DNA from: Octopus sinensis
Lineage: Eukaryota
Direction: 5' to 3'
DNA length: 64,000 bases
NCBI RefSeq assembly: GCF_006345805.1
Contig: NC_043013.1
Coordinates: 12,400,001-12,464,000, forward strand
Below, piece by piece: positions 1-13,357 of this stretch (positions within the stretch are counted from its first letter, which is position 1; the number at the start of each line of letters is the position of its first letter). Below the pieces are notes generated by a model. The model made no database searches. It was not told the origin of the DNA and was given only the letters and a program-made list of their open reading frames with translations. The translations under genes and the position numbers were made by a program.

Positions 1-307
1 AGTCTTGAAAATGGGTGTTCAATGTTTGAACTGTCAACAATTCAGAAAGTTTTTGTACAATGTTAGTGGTACTTTACATTGTACAATAAGTATGGATCCC
101 TCTCTCTCTCTCTCTCTCTCTCTCTCCACACACACACACATACATACATACACATTAAACTAAATACTTTTGGTATGTTTAAAAGTCTATATCTATTTTG
201 GAGGAAAGGATGGTATACATATGAAGTCGTGCTTATTTGCAAATGATGGCTACTGTGTGTGTGTGTGTGTTGTGTGTATTATGTGTACATCCACCTACAT
301 TTCTAAC

Positions 308-371
<64 letters not shown>

Positions 372-373
<2 letters not shown>

Positions 374-790
374 CATAGGAGTGGCTGTGTGGTAAGTAGC
401 TGGCATAGGAGTGGCTGTGTGGTAAGTAGCTTACTTACCAAGCACATGGTTCCGGGTTCAGTCCCACTGCGTGGCACCTTCAGCAGGTGTCTTCTACTAT
501 AGCCTCGGGCCGACCAAAGCCTTGTGAGTGGATTTGGTAGACGGAAACTGAAAGAAGCCCATCGTATGTGTGTATATGTATGTGTGTGTATATGTTTGTG
601 TGTCTGTGTTTGTCCCCCCCAACATCGCTTGACAACCAATGCTGGTGTGTTTACATCCCCGTAACTTAGCGGTTCGGCAAAAGAGACCAATAGAATAAGT
701 ACTAGGCTTACAAAGAATAAGTCTTGGGGTTGGTTTTCTTGACTAAAGGTTTTGCTCCATCAGGGCGACAGTCAAATTACTGAAACAAGT
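372..790 (+). mobile_element. tRNA-derived SINE, family A (~400 bp, internal TA/TG tract), with a 30-bp duplication of its 5' end
   Basis: Head AGGAGTGGCTGTGTGGTAAG...GGTTCAGTCCC (A/B-box-like), body CCAAAGCCTTGTGAGTGGATTTGGTAGACGGAAACTGAAAGAAGCCC, tail ...ATGACTGAAACAAGTAA; more than 20 similar copies in the window. Confidence 0.85.
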
Positions 791-807
791 AATATATCTT
801 TGAAATA

Positions 808-869
<62 letters not shown>

Positions 870-1342
870 CATATACATGTATATGTGTGTGTGATCTCTT
901 ATTCACTTTTTTGTTTTTGTTTTTTTCACTATGTGTTAGTGGTTCTAGTGCTAATGTTGTGTTGTTTACTGATATTGGTGGTGGTGCTGCTTATTGCAAT
1001 ATCGTCACTGACCAATCAGGTGGCTCGTTTTAGTTTACATCCATGACACCTTCCTCCTAGATAGGTACCCCGACATTTCATTGGCTCTGGAGTCTCTTCT
1101 TTTTCTCCCCCCCCCCTTCTCTTTCTGCCCCCCCCCTCCTTCTCTTTCTGCCCCCCCTCTCTCTCTCTTTCCCTCATCTGCCTGTAAACCTGAAGACAAA
1201 GAACAACCATCTGTTCAATGAAATTCCAAACTGCCTGTTGATAGAATTCTTGCTATACTTCTACCATTTGCTATCCACCATCACCAACATCACCACTTCC
1301 AAAACAACCACATAAAAGATACATAAATACATATACACATTC

Positions 1343-1379
<37 letters not shown>

Positions 1380-2454
1380 TCTATATATACATTCATATAT
1401 ATATATATATATATATATAGTGCCTGTGGGTTATGGTTTCACTAATGCGGTGGATAGTCTTTCAGAACTACATCAACATTTGCTTTACCTCATCCCATCT
1501 ATAAAAACATCTGGAACAGTTCATATCTCTTTCTCACTCTCGCTCTCTCTCTCTCTCTTTTTTTTATGCACACACACACACATTCACACCCATACATACA
1601 TACACTCACTCACACACGTACAGATACACATTCTTACATGCACTTATACACACATGCATACACATCCTCTTTAGAAATCATGAAGTCTTGTCCAGCTGAT
1701 AAACACCATTGCTGCTCTGTCTACCCCACCGTCCCCCTCTTTCTCTCTGTCTTTTTCTCTCTTCCTCTCTCACCTCCTCCCACTCTGTCTCCTATATTCC
1801 ATCGCCTCCTCTGTGTTTTTTTTTTATTATTCTAGTAGTGCCATACCAAAATATTTGGCTCAATCCAACTCCTCCACTGCCTCATGGCTCAGCACAACCC
1901 ACCTTGTGTTGTTGTTGCTGTTGTTGTTCTTGCTGTTGCTTATGTTGTTGTTGTTGTTGTTGTTACTGTTATCTTATTCTCTCTTTCCAAATTCTGAACA
2001 TGGACCAAACAAATTTCATCCAGATCCCCCTCCCATCCTCCACCAAAAGCGAAACAAACAAGGCTCTACATCATATTAGGACGCACGCACAAAACAACAC
2101 CAACAACCACCACCACCATCACCATCATCATCATCATGTCCACCTTCCCAAATGTGCATGGATCAGATGGAGTTTTCTTGCGGCAGATTTTTTTTCTACA
2201 TCTTGATGCACTTCCTGTCTTTAACCCTCACTTGATTCCATCCAAATAAGGTAATATTTACTCCATGGCCAGACATGTTTTTGCAGAACATTGGAAATGA
2301 ATTACATTTGCTTAAATGGATGACAGTGGCACTTATTCACAGCTATTGTGCAATATCTATAGCAAGGAAATGCAAATGTATCTTCGTCACCCCTTCCTTA
2401 TATGTTTAGGAGAAGATTAAGATAAACACAGCTATAAATTGTTAGTTTCCATAT

Positions 2455-2800
2455 GAAAGGTAAAGGGCCCCTTTGGTCATGAATGACCATGGGATTGCAC
2501 CTAGACAGTTACCCTCCGAGGCACAAGTCCTGGCAAGGTTGTTTATCGAAGACCAGCAGTTGCCCATGCATACCAGCCCCACCCCCTCTGCACGCCACTG
2601 ATGTTATCCAAGAGAAAGGCAAAGGGCCACTACGGCTTGGTGCCAGTGACGTCGCAACTCATTTCTATGGCTGAGTGAACTGGAGCAATGTGAAATGAAG
2701 TATGTTGCTCAAGAACACAACACACAGCCTGGTCCAGGAATCAAACTCACTACCCCGTGATTGTGACCCCAGCACTGTCGCCACTGAGCCATGCACCTTC
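2455..2800 (-). mobile_element. tRNA-derived SINE, family D-type
   Basis: Minus strand starts GAAGGTGCATGGCTCAGTGG (A box)...GAGTTTGATTCC (B box); related heads at 21830-22070(-), 40500-40790(-) and 46273-46596(+). Confidence 0.7.
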
Positions 2801-2814
2801 ACATATATGTGTGT

Positions 2815-2866
<52 letters not shown>

Positions 2867-3210
2867 TCTTTTACTTGTTTCAGTTATTTGACTGTGGCCA
2901 TGCTGGAGCACCACCTTCAGTTAATCAAATCAACCCCAGGATTTATTCTTTGTAAGCCTAGTACTTATTCTGTCAGTCTCTTTTGCCGAACCTCTAAGTT
3001 ACAGGGACATAAACACACCAGCATCGGTTGTCAAACGATGTTGGGGGGACAAGCATAGACACACAAACACACATATATACATATATACGATGGGCTTCTT
3101 TCAGTTTCCGTCTACCAAATCCACTCACAAGGCTTTGGTCGGCCCGAGGTAATAGTAGAAGTTACTTGCCCATGTGGTTCGTAAGCAAACTACTTACCAC
3201 ACAGCCACAC
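2867..3210 (-). mobile_element. SINE family A copy
   Basis: Reverse complement of the family A consensus. Confidence 0.85.
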
Positions 3211-4489
3211 CTATATATATATTATAGATAGATATTGATAGATCTGGCATATTTTCTTAAAAAGGATGGAGACCAAGAATATGTTTTCATCATCATGACT
3301 ATCAATCATCATCATCATCATCACAATCACAGTTGTTACCATCGTCATTGTCATCAGCAGCAGCTATTCATTTCAAGTTGTTTACCAGTTCCTTAGAGGA
3401 TCAATACAACATGTCACCACCACCATTATCATCATCATCATCATTACCATCATCATCGTCATCACCATCATCACTATCATCATCATCATTGTCATCACCA
3501 TCATCACTACCATCATCATCATCACCACCATCATCATCATCACCCAATTATTCCAGGTTGTTTCAAGTAGTGTTGGTGATCAATCGATCCAAAAGTGCAA
3601 CACGTCAGCCATCATTGCACCTCCTAACCCTCCCATCATATTACAGTGTGAAGGACACAGGACTACTTACCGCACCCCTCTCCGTCCCACTCCTACCCTG
3701 CCCCTGTTCTCAGTATTCTTCATATATGGTATTTCAGCTGTCTGATTCCAATGTTTGCCTCAAGACTTCTACATCACACCACACAACACTTTGATGCCCA
3801 TCATAAAAGCACCACCACATCACGTGTCCATGCCAGTGTAGACGTCCCTCTTCAGGGCCCACTTGTTTGTAGGCAGGAAACTTCTACATTACTCATCGCC
3901 AACATGTGGCCCACATGTTGAATGGCACGCCTAACAACATGAGTGCAAGAACAAAATTTTCTTAGGAGATGCAAACCCGAGTTTCCCTGCAGAATGTACA
4001 ATGTCGTATATGTGTATATGTATATATATATATGTGTGTGTTTATCACCCCCAACATCGCTTGACAACTGACATTGGTGTGTTTATATCCCCGTAACTTA
4101 GCGGCTCGACGAAAGAGACTGATATAATAAGTACTAAACTTACAAAGAATACGTTCTGGGGTCGATTTGCTCGACTAAAGGCGGTGCTCCAGCATGGCCA
4201 CAGTCAAATGACTGAAACAAGTAAAAGAGAGAAAAAGAGAGTATTATTCTGTAGAGAACCCTAAAAAGAGATGGGATTGTCACATCTGGAAAGCCTTTGA
4301 TCATAAGGTTTACTTTGATCAGAGTTGACTTGGGTTTAAACAACTGCAATGACAACTAGAAGAACAACGCCAACAACAACAGGAATTGTTGGGTTGTTAG
4401 TGTAAGTAAAGGGCATGGTGCTTTGGAGACAATGGAAATTACCATATTGCTAACAATTAAGTGGTTGTGTAGAATGAGGTAAAGAGGGG

Positions 4490-5258
4490 GGGGGTGAGTG
4501 AGAGGGAGAGATAAAAGGAAAGGGTGAAGGAAGGTGGAGAGGTAGAAAGAAAGAGTGGGTAAGAGAGAGGGGGATAAAAAGATAGAGTAAAGAACAGAGA
4601 TAGAAAGAAAGAGTAGGTGACAGAGAGATGTAAGGAGTGGAGGAGAGGGAGGGATAAATGGAAAGAGTGAAGAACAGAGAGATAGAGTGGGTGAGAGAGA
4701 GAGATGTAAAGAGTGGAGGAGAGAGAGGGGGAGATGAAAAGAATGTGATTGTAAGAGAGAGAAGGAGGAGTTAAGAAGTGGGGAAGTTAGAAAGAGTGAG
4801 TATTTAAGGGAGAGATGAAAGAAAAAAAAGTGAAGTGGAGAGTGTATTAAGGGGAGGTAATGAAGGGAGAGGAAACAGCGAGTAAATATGAAGAGAGAGA
4901 AGGGCAGAGAAACAAAGAGAAAAGAAAAGAGAGGGGAAGAGAGACAGAGACGAAATGTATGTGATGGAGAAAGATGAGGAATGAGATGAAACGTGCAGTG
5001 GAAAGGAGAGAAAGTTAGAACGATTGAGTGTCGAAGGTAAAGTCGAGAGAGAGAGAGAGAGAGACTGGGAGAGACAAAAGCAATGAAAGTAAAAAAAATG
5101 GGAGGTAGAGAGAGTGTGTTAAGGGGAGATAATGAAAGAGGGGAAATAGAGGAAAGAAGCTCAGAGAGAGACAAGGAGTGTGTGTGTGTGTGTGTGTGCG
5201 TGCGTGTGTGTGTGTGTGTGCGTGCGTGTGTGCGTGTGCGTGCGTGCGTGTGTGTGTG

Positions 5259-5290
<32 letters not shown>

Positions 5291-5351
5291 CGTGCGTGTG
5301 TGTGTGCGTGCGTGTGTGTGTGTGTGCGTGCGTGCGTGTGTGTGTGTGCGT

Positions 5352-5382
<31 letters not shown>

Positions 5383-5472
5383 CGTGTGCGTGTGTGTGTG
5401 TGCGTGCGTGCGTGTGTGTGTGTGTGTGCGTGCGTGCGTGTGTGTGTGCGTGCGCGTGTGTGTGTGTGTGTG
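4490..5472. repeat. GA-rich low-complexity tract followed by a compound (TG)n/(TGCG)n microsatellite (5177-5472)
   Basis: Seen directly; explains ORFs 4356-5486, 5015-5479 and 5083-5561. Confidence 0.95.
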
Positions 5473-5684
5473 AAGTCAAAACTCAAAAGGAAACCATTGT
5501 TTGTAATTTATGTTTTCATTTGTGGTCTTTCTTCCTCCGTGTGCCATGTTTAAAGCAATAAGGCCGACAGATTGGCAGGATTGTTATTAGGTGCAAAGAC
5601 AGCCGAGTGGTTAAGAAGCTTGATTTGCAACTGTGTGGTTTCAGGTTCTGTCCCACCGTGCGGTTTCTCTCCTCTTGAAGGAAC

Positions 5685-5773
5685 TCTTCTGACGAGGAGA
5701 CTGCGGTGGTTTGGTCATGTGTTGTGGCGCCCCCCATGATGAACTGGTCTGGAGAGCAATAGTACCAGACCCT
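5685..5773 (+). pseudogene. RTE-clade LINE ORF2 C-terminal relic
   Basis: Translates LLTRRLRWFGHVLWRP / HDELVWRAIVPDP across one frameshift; RLRWFGHV is the typical post-RT motif of RTE LINEs. Confidence 0.65.
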
Positions 5774-5808
5774 CTTTCCCCCTCCGTGTTGGCCTGGGTG
5801 GAGAGGTG

Positions 5809-5886
5809 GATAGGGTTATGTTTGCAAAACAATAGAAGACAAGATGACCACAGCTGCCAGATTAGCGAGAGAGAGAGAGAGAGAGA

Positions 5887-5931
<45 letters not shown>

Positions 5932-6582
5932 ATAGAGAGAGAGAGAGAGAGGGATCACCACTCTGTTGTTACATCAGAGCTGATCTGGGAGTGTGATGGC
6001 CAGTGAACAACAGAGACAACCACAACAACTCAAACTGCTAGAAACACCAGCCAAGTTTCCCTTAACCTTTTAACATTCGGATCACTCTGTCAAGTGTAAT
6101 GCCTGTCTATTCACACTGTTCGGTCTTAGCTTTGAGATTCTAATGATGTGATTGTAGGTGTGAGAGGCCAGGTGTGGCCAGTTTTAACATGAAACAGGTA
6201 GAATATTTGTGCTGGATATGGCCAATTTAATCAGATTAGCCTGTCAAATATAATGCTTGTTTCTTCATGTTGTTTAGATTATTCATGCATTATCTCATCG
6301 CTTCAAGATGTGATTGTTTATTTCTAGAATTTCTAAAATTTTTGGGCCGGATGTGACCCACTTGAATAATGAAGGTTTGAATCGTAGGTTTTTACTGTCT
6401 TCAAGAAGGAGGGCGCATGGAATAATGCACTCCTAGATAGGGTTATGTTTGCAAAAGAATAGAAGACAAGATGACCTCAGCTGCTAGATTAGGGAGAGAG
6501 AGAGAGGGACCACCACTCTATTGTTACATCAGAGCTGATCTGGGAGTGTGATGACGAGTAAACAACAGAGACAACCACAACA
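5809..6582 (+). repeat. Local direct duplication (5809-6029 and 6436-6582)
   Basis: Both copies read GATAGGGTTATGTTTGCAAAA...(GA)n...CATCAGAGCTGATCTGGGAGTGTGATG...CAGAGACAACCACAAC and differ mainly in GA-tract length. Confidence 0.9.
6061..6380 (+). mobile_element. Non-autonomous DNA element with TTAACC(C)TT-like terminus (possibly piggyBac-type MITE), two partial units
   Basis: Starts CTTAACCTTTTAACATTCGGATCACTCTGTCAA; inverted relative at 14670-14975 ends TTTGACAGAGTAATCTGAATGTTAAAGGG. Confidence 0.45.
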
Positions 6583-6640
6583 GCAGCAACAACAACTAGA
6601 GTACTGTTATTAATAGAAAAGTGAGATTATCTTAAACTTT

Positions 6641-7050
6641 AGGAGTGGCTGTGTGGTAAGTAGCTTGCTTACGAACCGCATGGTTCTGGGTTCATTCCCA
6701 CTGCGTGGCACCTTGGGCAAGTGTCTTTTACTATAGCCTCAGGCTGACCAAAGCCTTCTGAGTGGATTTGGTAGACAGAAACTGAAAGAAGCCCGTTGTA
6801 TATATATGTGTATATATGTATGTGTGTGTATATGTTTGTGTGCCTATGTTTGTCCCCCCCCCAACATCGCTTGACAACCGATGCTGGAGTGTTTACGTCC
6901 CCGTAACTTAGTGGTTCGGCAAAAGAGACTGATAGAAATAAGTACTAGGCTTACAAAGAATAAGTCCTGGGATCGGTTTGCTCGACTAAAGGTGGTGCTC
7001 CAGTATGGCCACAGTCAAATGACTGAAATAATTAAATGAGTAAAAGAGAG
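6641..7050 (+). mobile_element. SINE family A, full length
   Basis: Matches the family A consensus from head to tail. Confidence 0.9.
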
Positions 7051-7079
7051 AGTCTGTGCTGCATGTCTTCTTCCACTCA

Positions 7080-7125
<46 letters not shown>

Positions 7126-7407
7126 ACGTTTTCTTAAAGTTTATGTGTGTTTTATATATTCATATTGTGAAATTTGATTTAATACAAAATTGAATTTTTC
7201 CCTGTAAGTTTGGAGTTATGCTCCCTAATATTATTATTATTATTATATAATATATATAAATATAAACTTACATACGCATACACAAACACACATAAAAAGA
7301 AAAATTTCCATGAACCACCATAAAGTAAAACTTTCACAAACAGAGCAAAACAATTTCATTTATCAAGTTGGTTTCCTGTAATTAATAATAATAATAATAA
7401 TAATAGT

Positions 7408-7438
<31 letters not shown>

Positions 7439-8054
7439 TTACTTGAAATATAATCTTCGGATGAGGTGGAGGTGCATGTAATGTGCCTGCAAATGCAAGT
7501 GTGTGGAGGGATGACGCATAAACATACATGCCAGTGTGTGTATATATATATATATATATATACATGCCCATACACACCTCTTTAATATATATATACTGTG
7601 TAATGGATATATTACGCACGCATCCCTTACATACATACGTACATACAGAAAATTCTTTGTCAAGTTGGTAAAGTTACGTTACCCAAACCTTTCCTCACTA
7701 GTGGAACTAAGTCTTCTGTATTGCTACCATTACCGGCACCGGCACCGCCACCGCCGCCACCGCCACCACCATCACCATCACCACCACCGCTTCAGGTTTA
7801 AAGGAAGTGACTCACTTGTAGAGGTATGTGACTGCAAAAATTTCACTGGTCTCCATCACCACCTCCACCCCGTTTCTACCCAACCACCTTTCACTCAAAC
7901 TGTTGGTGACTATTATTATTTATTTATATTATTACTACTACTTCTTTAAATTCTAATCCTTCTTTTTTTTTATTAGTATCATTCTCATGGGACCCTCCCA
8001 CACACATTTATACACCTGATTGTCCTTAAGTTATTTTATTATTATCGTCATCAA

Positions 8055-8100
<46 letters not shown>

Positions 8101-8129
8101 GTTATTATTATTATTATTATTATTGTCCT

Positions 8130-8873
8130 CCATATGAAAGCGGCAAGCTGGCAGAATCGTTACCATTCCATGCAAAATGCATAGCGGGTATTTCGCCTGT
8201 CACTACGTTCTGAGTTCAAATTCTGCTGAAATCGACTTTGCCTTTCACCCTTTCAGGGTTGATAAATTAGGTACCACTTGCATACTGGGGGGGTCAATCT
8301 AATCGACTGGGCCGCCCCCAACTCCCCAAAAATTTCAGGCCTTGTGTCTAGAGTAGAAAAGATTATTATTATCATCATCATTATTATTATTATTATTGTT
8401 ATTATTATTATTATTATCATTGTCCTCCATATGAAGGCGGCAAGCTGGCAGAATCATTAGCACACCGGACGAAATGCATAGCGGTATTTCGCCCGTTGCT
8501 GCATTCTGAGTTCAAATTCTGCTGAGGTCAACTTTCCCTTTCGCCCTTTCGGGGCTCGATAAATTAAGTACCAGTTGCGTACTGGAGTCGCTCTAATCGA
8601 CTGACACCCTCCCTCAAAATTTCAGGCCTTGTGCCTAGAGTAGAAAGGATTATCGTCTTCCATATCTTGGGCCCTTGTGGCCAATAAAAGAAATCCTTAT
8701 TTTTCTATTTTTTAAACCTTTATATGATACATATACATCCCTTTTTTTTCATTGTAATGTTAACTTATTTTTTTTTTTAATTTTATTATTTTATTATATA
8801 AGTAAACCCTAACACCTTCTGTCTGTCTTTATACTGTCCCCATCATCCTTCACCCTGGTGGCATATAAATGAA

Positions 8874-8909
<36 letters not shown>

Positions 8910-9140
8910 AGGCGGTGAGCTGGCAGAAACGTTAGCACGCCGGGTGAAATGCGTAGCCGTATTTCATCTGTCGTTACGTTCTGAGTTCAAATTCAGGCGA
9001 GGTCGACTTTGTCTTTCATCCTTTCGGGGTCGATAAATAAAGTACCAGTTGCGCACTGGGGTCGATGTAATCGACTTAATCCGTTTGTCTGTCTTTGTTT
9101 GTCCCCTCTATGTTTAGCCCCTTGTGGGCAATAATGAAAT
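8130..9140 (+). mobile_element. Three head-to-tail SINE family B copies separated by (TAT)n
   Basis: AAGGCGG(C/T)GAGCTGGCAGAA...GAGTTCAAATTC...CTTTCATCCTTTCGGGGTCGATAAATTAAGTACCAG repeated at ~8130, ~8430 and ~8908. Confidence 0.85.
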
Positions 9141-9782
9141 ATACATATTAGTGTTATTATTATTATTATTATTGTTGTTGTTGTTACTACTGCTAATACT
9201 ACTACTACTATTACTACTAGTATAAATTGTAATCCTTTATGTTAGTATTATTCTAATCGATCCCCACCCTCCACATCCAATTGCCCTTGTGGCAAAAAGT
9301 AGTTTTCGTTATTATTTATTAGTGGTGGTGGTGGTGGTGGTGGTGACGGAGGCGGCGGCGGTGGAAATGAATTTCTAATCCTTTTTGGAGCCACTTCAGT
9401 TTTTTTGAGTTGCCTAATAAATACCCCTGAGAGCAAAAAATGCTTGGAAGTTACAGCATCTCGTTTCCGTTTTATACCCCGTTACCCCACCCCACCCTAT
9501 CCTGCCGTCCCCTTGTTCTTTTTTTTTTTTTAAAGAAAAAAAAAGAAAAACCTTAAATCACTACTACATGAGTAGGAGATGTGTAACTGTTGTTGTTGTT
9601 GTTGTTTAACTCCAGGCTTGTCCCACCCCCTGATTAAGCAGAGCAAGGACCAAAAGCATTCTCTCTTGCTTTCAGGTGTAGTGTGTGTGTATCTTGATTA
9701 GACTTGGAGATATTTATATAGAGAGGGGTGGTCGTGGGTGGTGTGCCTTTGATCTATGATTGATGACATTCCCCCTATAATG

Positions 9783-9836
<54 letters not shown>

Positions 9837-9845
9837 AGGTTTACG

Positions 9846-10008
9846 TAGTTGTGTGGTAAGAAGCTTGCTTCCCAACCACATGGTTCCAGGTTCAAGTCCA
9901 ACTGCATGACACCTTGGGCAAATGTCTTCTGCTATAGCCTCGGGCTGACCAAAGCCTTGTGAGTGGATTTGGTAGACAGAAACTGGATGAAGCCCATCAT
10001 ACATATGT

Positions 10009-10058
<50 letters not shown>

Positions 10059-10077
10059 CTATATCTATCTATCTATC

Positions 10078-10109
<32 letters not shown>

Positions 10110-10125
10110 TATGTGTATATATATA

Positions 10126-10183
<58 letters not shown>

Positions 10184-10360
10184 GTATATGTATGTATATA
10201 TATATGTATATGTAACATGGTATAAATATCTATGTGTGTGTGTGTATCTGTGTTTGTCCCCCGCCACTGCTTGACAATTTGTAGTGGTATGTTTACATCC
10301 CTATGACTTAGCAGTTCATCGAAAGAGACTGGTAGAATAAGTACTAAGCTTACAAAGAAT
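9846..10360 (+). mobile_element. SINE family A with expanded internal microsatellite
   Basis: Family A head and tail flank a ~230-bp TA/TATC/TATG tract. Confidence 0.85.
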
Positions 10361-11106
10361 GGGTCCTGGGGCCCCAAGGTGCTACGTAGTGGCACTGAAC
10401 CTGGAACCATGTGGTTGGGAGGAAGCAAGCTTCTTACCACGCAGCAACCACACCTGTACTTATGTAAAACAGGTAGAATATTTGTGCTCTTTGCCAAAAC
10501 GTCTCATACCCAGAAGATTAAGGGAAGAGCAAAATGTAACTGTTATTTCTAGCATACTCGAAATAGATCTGTGTAGGGGTTGTCTTGTTGGTTTGTTCTG
10601 GTTGTGTTGGTGAGAAACATATGGATTAAATGTTCCATGTTTAGGTCGAGTGGGGTGGGGGTGGGGTGGAGATGGTTTGTTCTTGGATCATTATGTGTGT
10701 GTGTGTGTGTGTGCATCCATGGGTGTGTGAATGCGTTTATTCCTTGACACCCCATCTGCCTCCATGCTCCTTTTCAGTATTTCATTGTTCTATCAAATCT
10801 CATTCACTCTGTATCTTTTTTCTTCCCCCCCCCCTTCTCTCTCCTCCCCTTTTTCCATCTATTTTTTTCTCTTTTACTAAATATTTGTCTTTCTCCCCTC
10901 TCTATCATTTCTTCTCTGTCTCTCTCTACCTCTCCTTTGGAACTTTCCTATCTTTTCTCCATCTCCTTCCCTCTTTCTCCATCTCTCTCTATTTCCTTTG
11001 CACTTTCTCCATTCCTCTCCCTCTCTCTCTCTCTCTCTCTCTCTTGTGCTCTATTTTAACCCCTCTTAATATTGTGCTATATATATACACACATATACAT
11101 ATATAT

Positions 11107-11154
<48 letters not shown>

Positions 11155-11292
11155 GTATATATGCACCTACACACACTTTTATACACAAACACATGCATGC
11201 ACACAAACACACTTCATTACCCCCTCTTTCATTCTTTCTTTCTCTCTGTCTCAACATCACTTCTGGTCCCCCTTCAATCTTTCATCTGCAAC

Positions 11293-11328
<36 letters not shown>

Positions 11329-11646
11329 CTTATCACAGATTCCGCTAGAACGGTCATCCTATCTTTTGCAGTTTTTTTTTTGTGTGAGTGTGTTTTTTTT
11401 TAGTGGCTTGTGATGGACGAGGTGGAAGGGACACTTTTTGTTGTTAGTTTGCTGCTGCTGTTGTTGTTGTTGCCGTCGACAGCGGTGGTGGCCGTGGTGG
11501 GGTTGGAGTTAAGATCACACTGAAAATCTGGAATACAGTGGACATGCATAATTCCACCACCATCCACCCCTTGCTCACCCAGCAACAACAACAAGTAACA
11601 ATAATAATAATAATAGTTATAGTAGTAATAATAATAACAATAATCA

Positions 11647-11680
<34 letters not shown>

Positions 11681-12030
11681 CATAGTAATAATAATAACAA
11701 TGATATTTCTTGAGAAGATAAAAACCTTCTCTGGAGATGTTGAATGGTATTTGCTGTTGGTTCTTTAAACCATTTTTGGGCTGTGTTTTTTTGGGGTTTT
11801 TTTTTTTGAGGGGAGGGTAATCGATACTCTTGCCCTCCTGTCTCCCCCACCCTACTCCTATTTGGGAGTATATGCGCACAAAAACCAGTTGTATCTTATA
11901 TAGGCATGTGTGTAGTCATCTGACTATGTGCACACACACACACACATAGACACACATGCACATACACAATGCATATATGCACCTATGTACGCACTGACAA
12001 ACAATTCTTTGTGACTAAGAGATTAGTGTG

Positions 12031-12061
<31 letters not shown>

Positions 12062-12409
12062 ATATGCATATGTTCACATATGTAGTTAGATGTGTAGATA
12101 CTATAGCCTCGGCTGACCAAAGCCTTGTGAGTGGATTTGGTAGACGGAAACTGGAAGAAGCCTGTCGTATAAGTATATATATATGTATGTGTGTGTATAT
12201 ATTTGTGTGTGTGTTTGTGTCCCCCCCCCCCCAGCATCGCTTGACAACTGATGCTGGTGTGTTTACATCCCCGTAACTTAGCAGTTCGGCAAGAGAGACC
12301 GATAGAATAAGTACTAGGCTTACAAAGAATAAGTCCTGGGGTCGATTTGCTTGACTAAAGGCGGTGCTCCAGCATGGCCACAGTCAAATGACTGAAAATC
12401 ATGTTTTGT

Positions 12410-13033
12410 GTTGTTTTTAATATTAGAATTAAAATCACTCTTCTTATGACAACTAGATTTCTTGTCTTGAATTGTAGATAAAAGATGAGATTGAGCAGAA
12501 TCGATTTATGTAACTTTTTCTTTATACCCTGCTTTAATTAAAGCAGAGTTATAAAATTCTGCCTTGTCGTTAAAAATGTCAACATTGGCGGATAGTTTAG
12601 ACAATCTAACTGAAATATTTTTAACTAAATTCTTAGCAATTGCCCTAGTGTGATTACTGGAAGGACTAATATACTTGAGATTGGTGGAAGGTTTGTGGTA
12701 TGGGAAGTATGAGTTATTTTGCAAATTAAGAGTAATATCTACAAAGTTAGCTTTAATTGTCTCATCGTCAAAAACGATGTGAAAGCCCGTGTGTTTTTTT
12801 ATTGGAAATGTTTTGGAGGTAAAGCTGGTCAGCCATTTCATGAAGTATATATATATTCCGACTGAATCCGCAGTTTGAGCAGAATCTGAACTCCCCATTG
12901 GGACATCAAACGTGTTGGGAGTAACTTTCTGGACCCACAACTTGTTATCAAACTTAATGATTGATTTTCTAGCAGCCAGTACCACATATGCCGAAAGTAA
13001 AAGAATTTGAATAACATCTGCATTTAACTCCAA
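12410..13033 (-). pseudogene. Penelope-like retroelement reverse transcriptase fragment (internally deleted)
   Basis: ORF 12506-13033: FDVPMGSSDSAQTADSVGIYI resembles PLE RT FDVTMGSxDGAEVCELVGLYI; NFVDITLNL..YFPYHKP..LKYISPSSNH..KAGYKEK resembles the PLE thumb region; the YxDD segment is absent. Confidence 0.85.
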
Positions 13034-13095
13034 TTATTTACTTATTTATATTTACATATACATACATACACATATATACATATATATATATATAT

Positions 13096-13280
13096 AAACG
13101 GACAACTGATGAAGGGCAATATTCTTTATGTTTGCATGTCTTATTTCTCTATTTGTTTTGTTTTCTTTTTTTGTTCGCAAAAAAGTCCGTTTTCTGTTTT
13201 TGTTTTTATGTTTTCGTTTCTCATTGTGCTGAACGTTTTTTTTTTGATGTCCTGTACCCATATATGCATGTATATGTACA
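13096..13280 (+). mobile_element. Probable PLE terminal-repeat-like segment
   Basis: GGACAACTGATGAAGGG...TCTTTATGTT...GTTTCTCATT...ATATATGCATGTATAT is the reverse complement of 37440-37625; lies inverted next to the PLE RT fragment. Confidence 0.5.
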
Positions 13281-13322
13281 TATATGTAGGTATATATGCA
13301 TATACTCATATATTATTTATAT

Positions 13323-13357
<35 letters not shown>

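Noticed and set aside
54-87. 11-bp inverted repeat TTGTACAATGT/ACATTGTACAA
   Set aside because: Too short for a pre-miRNA; plausible by chance
1016-1210. Minus-strand ORF with a strong acceptor and Cys-containing end
   Set aside because: Mostly GA/G-run low complexity; no domain recognised
4356-5561. Long ORFs (376 aa etc.)
   Set aside because: Translations of GA-rich and TG/TGCG microsatellites
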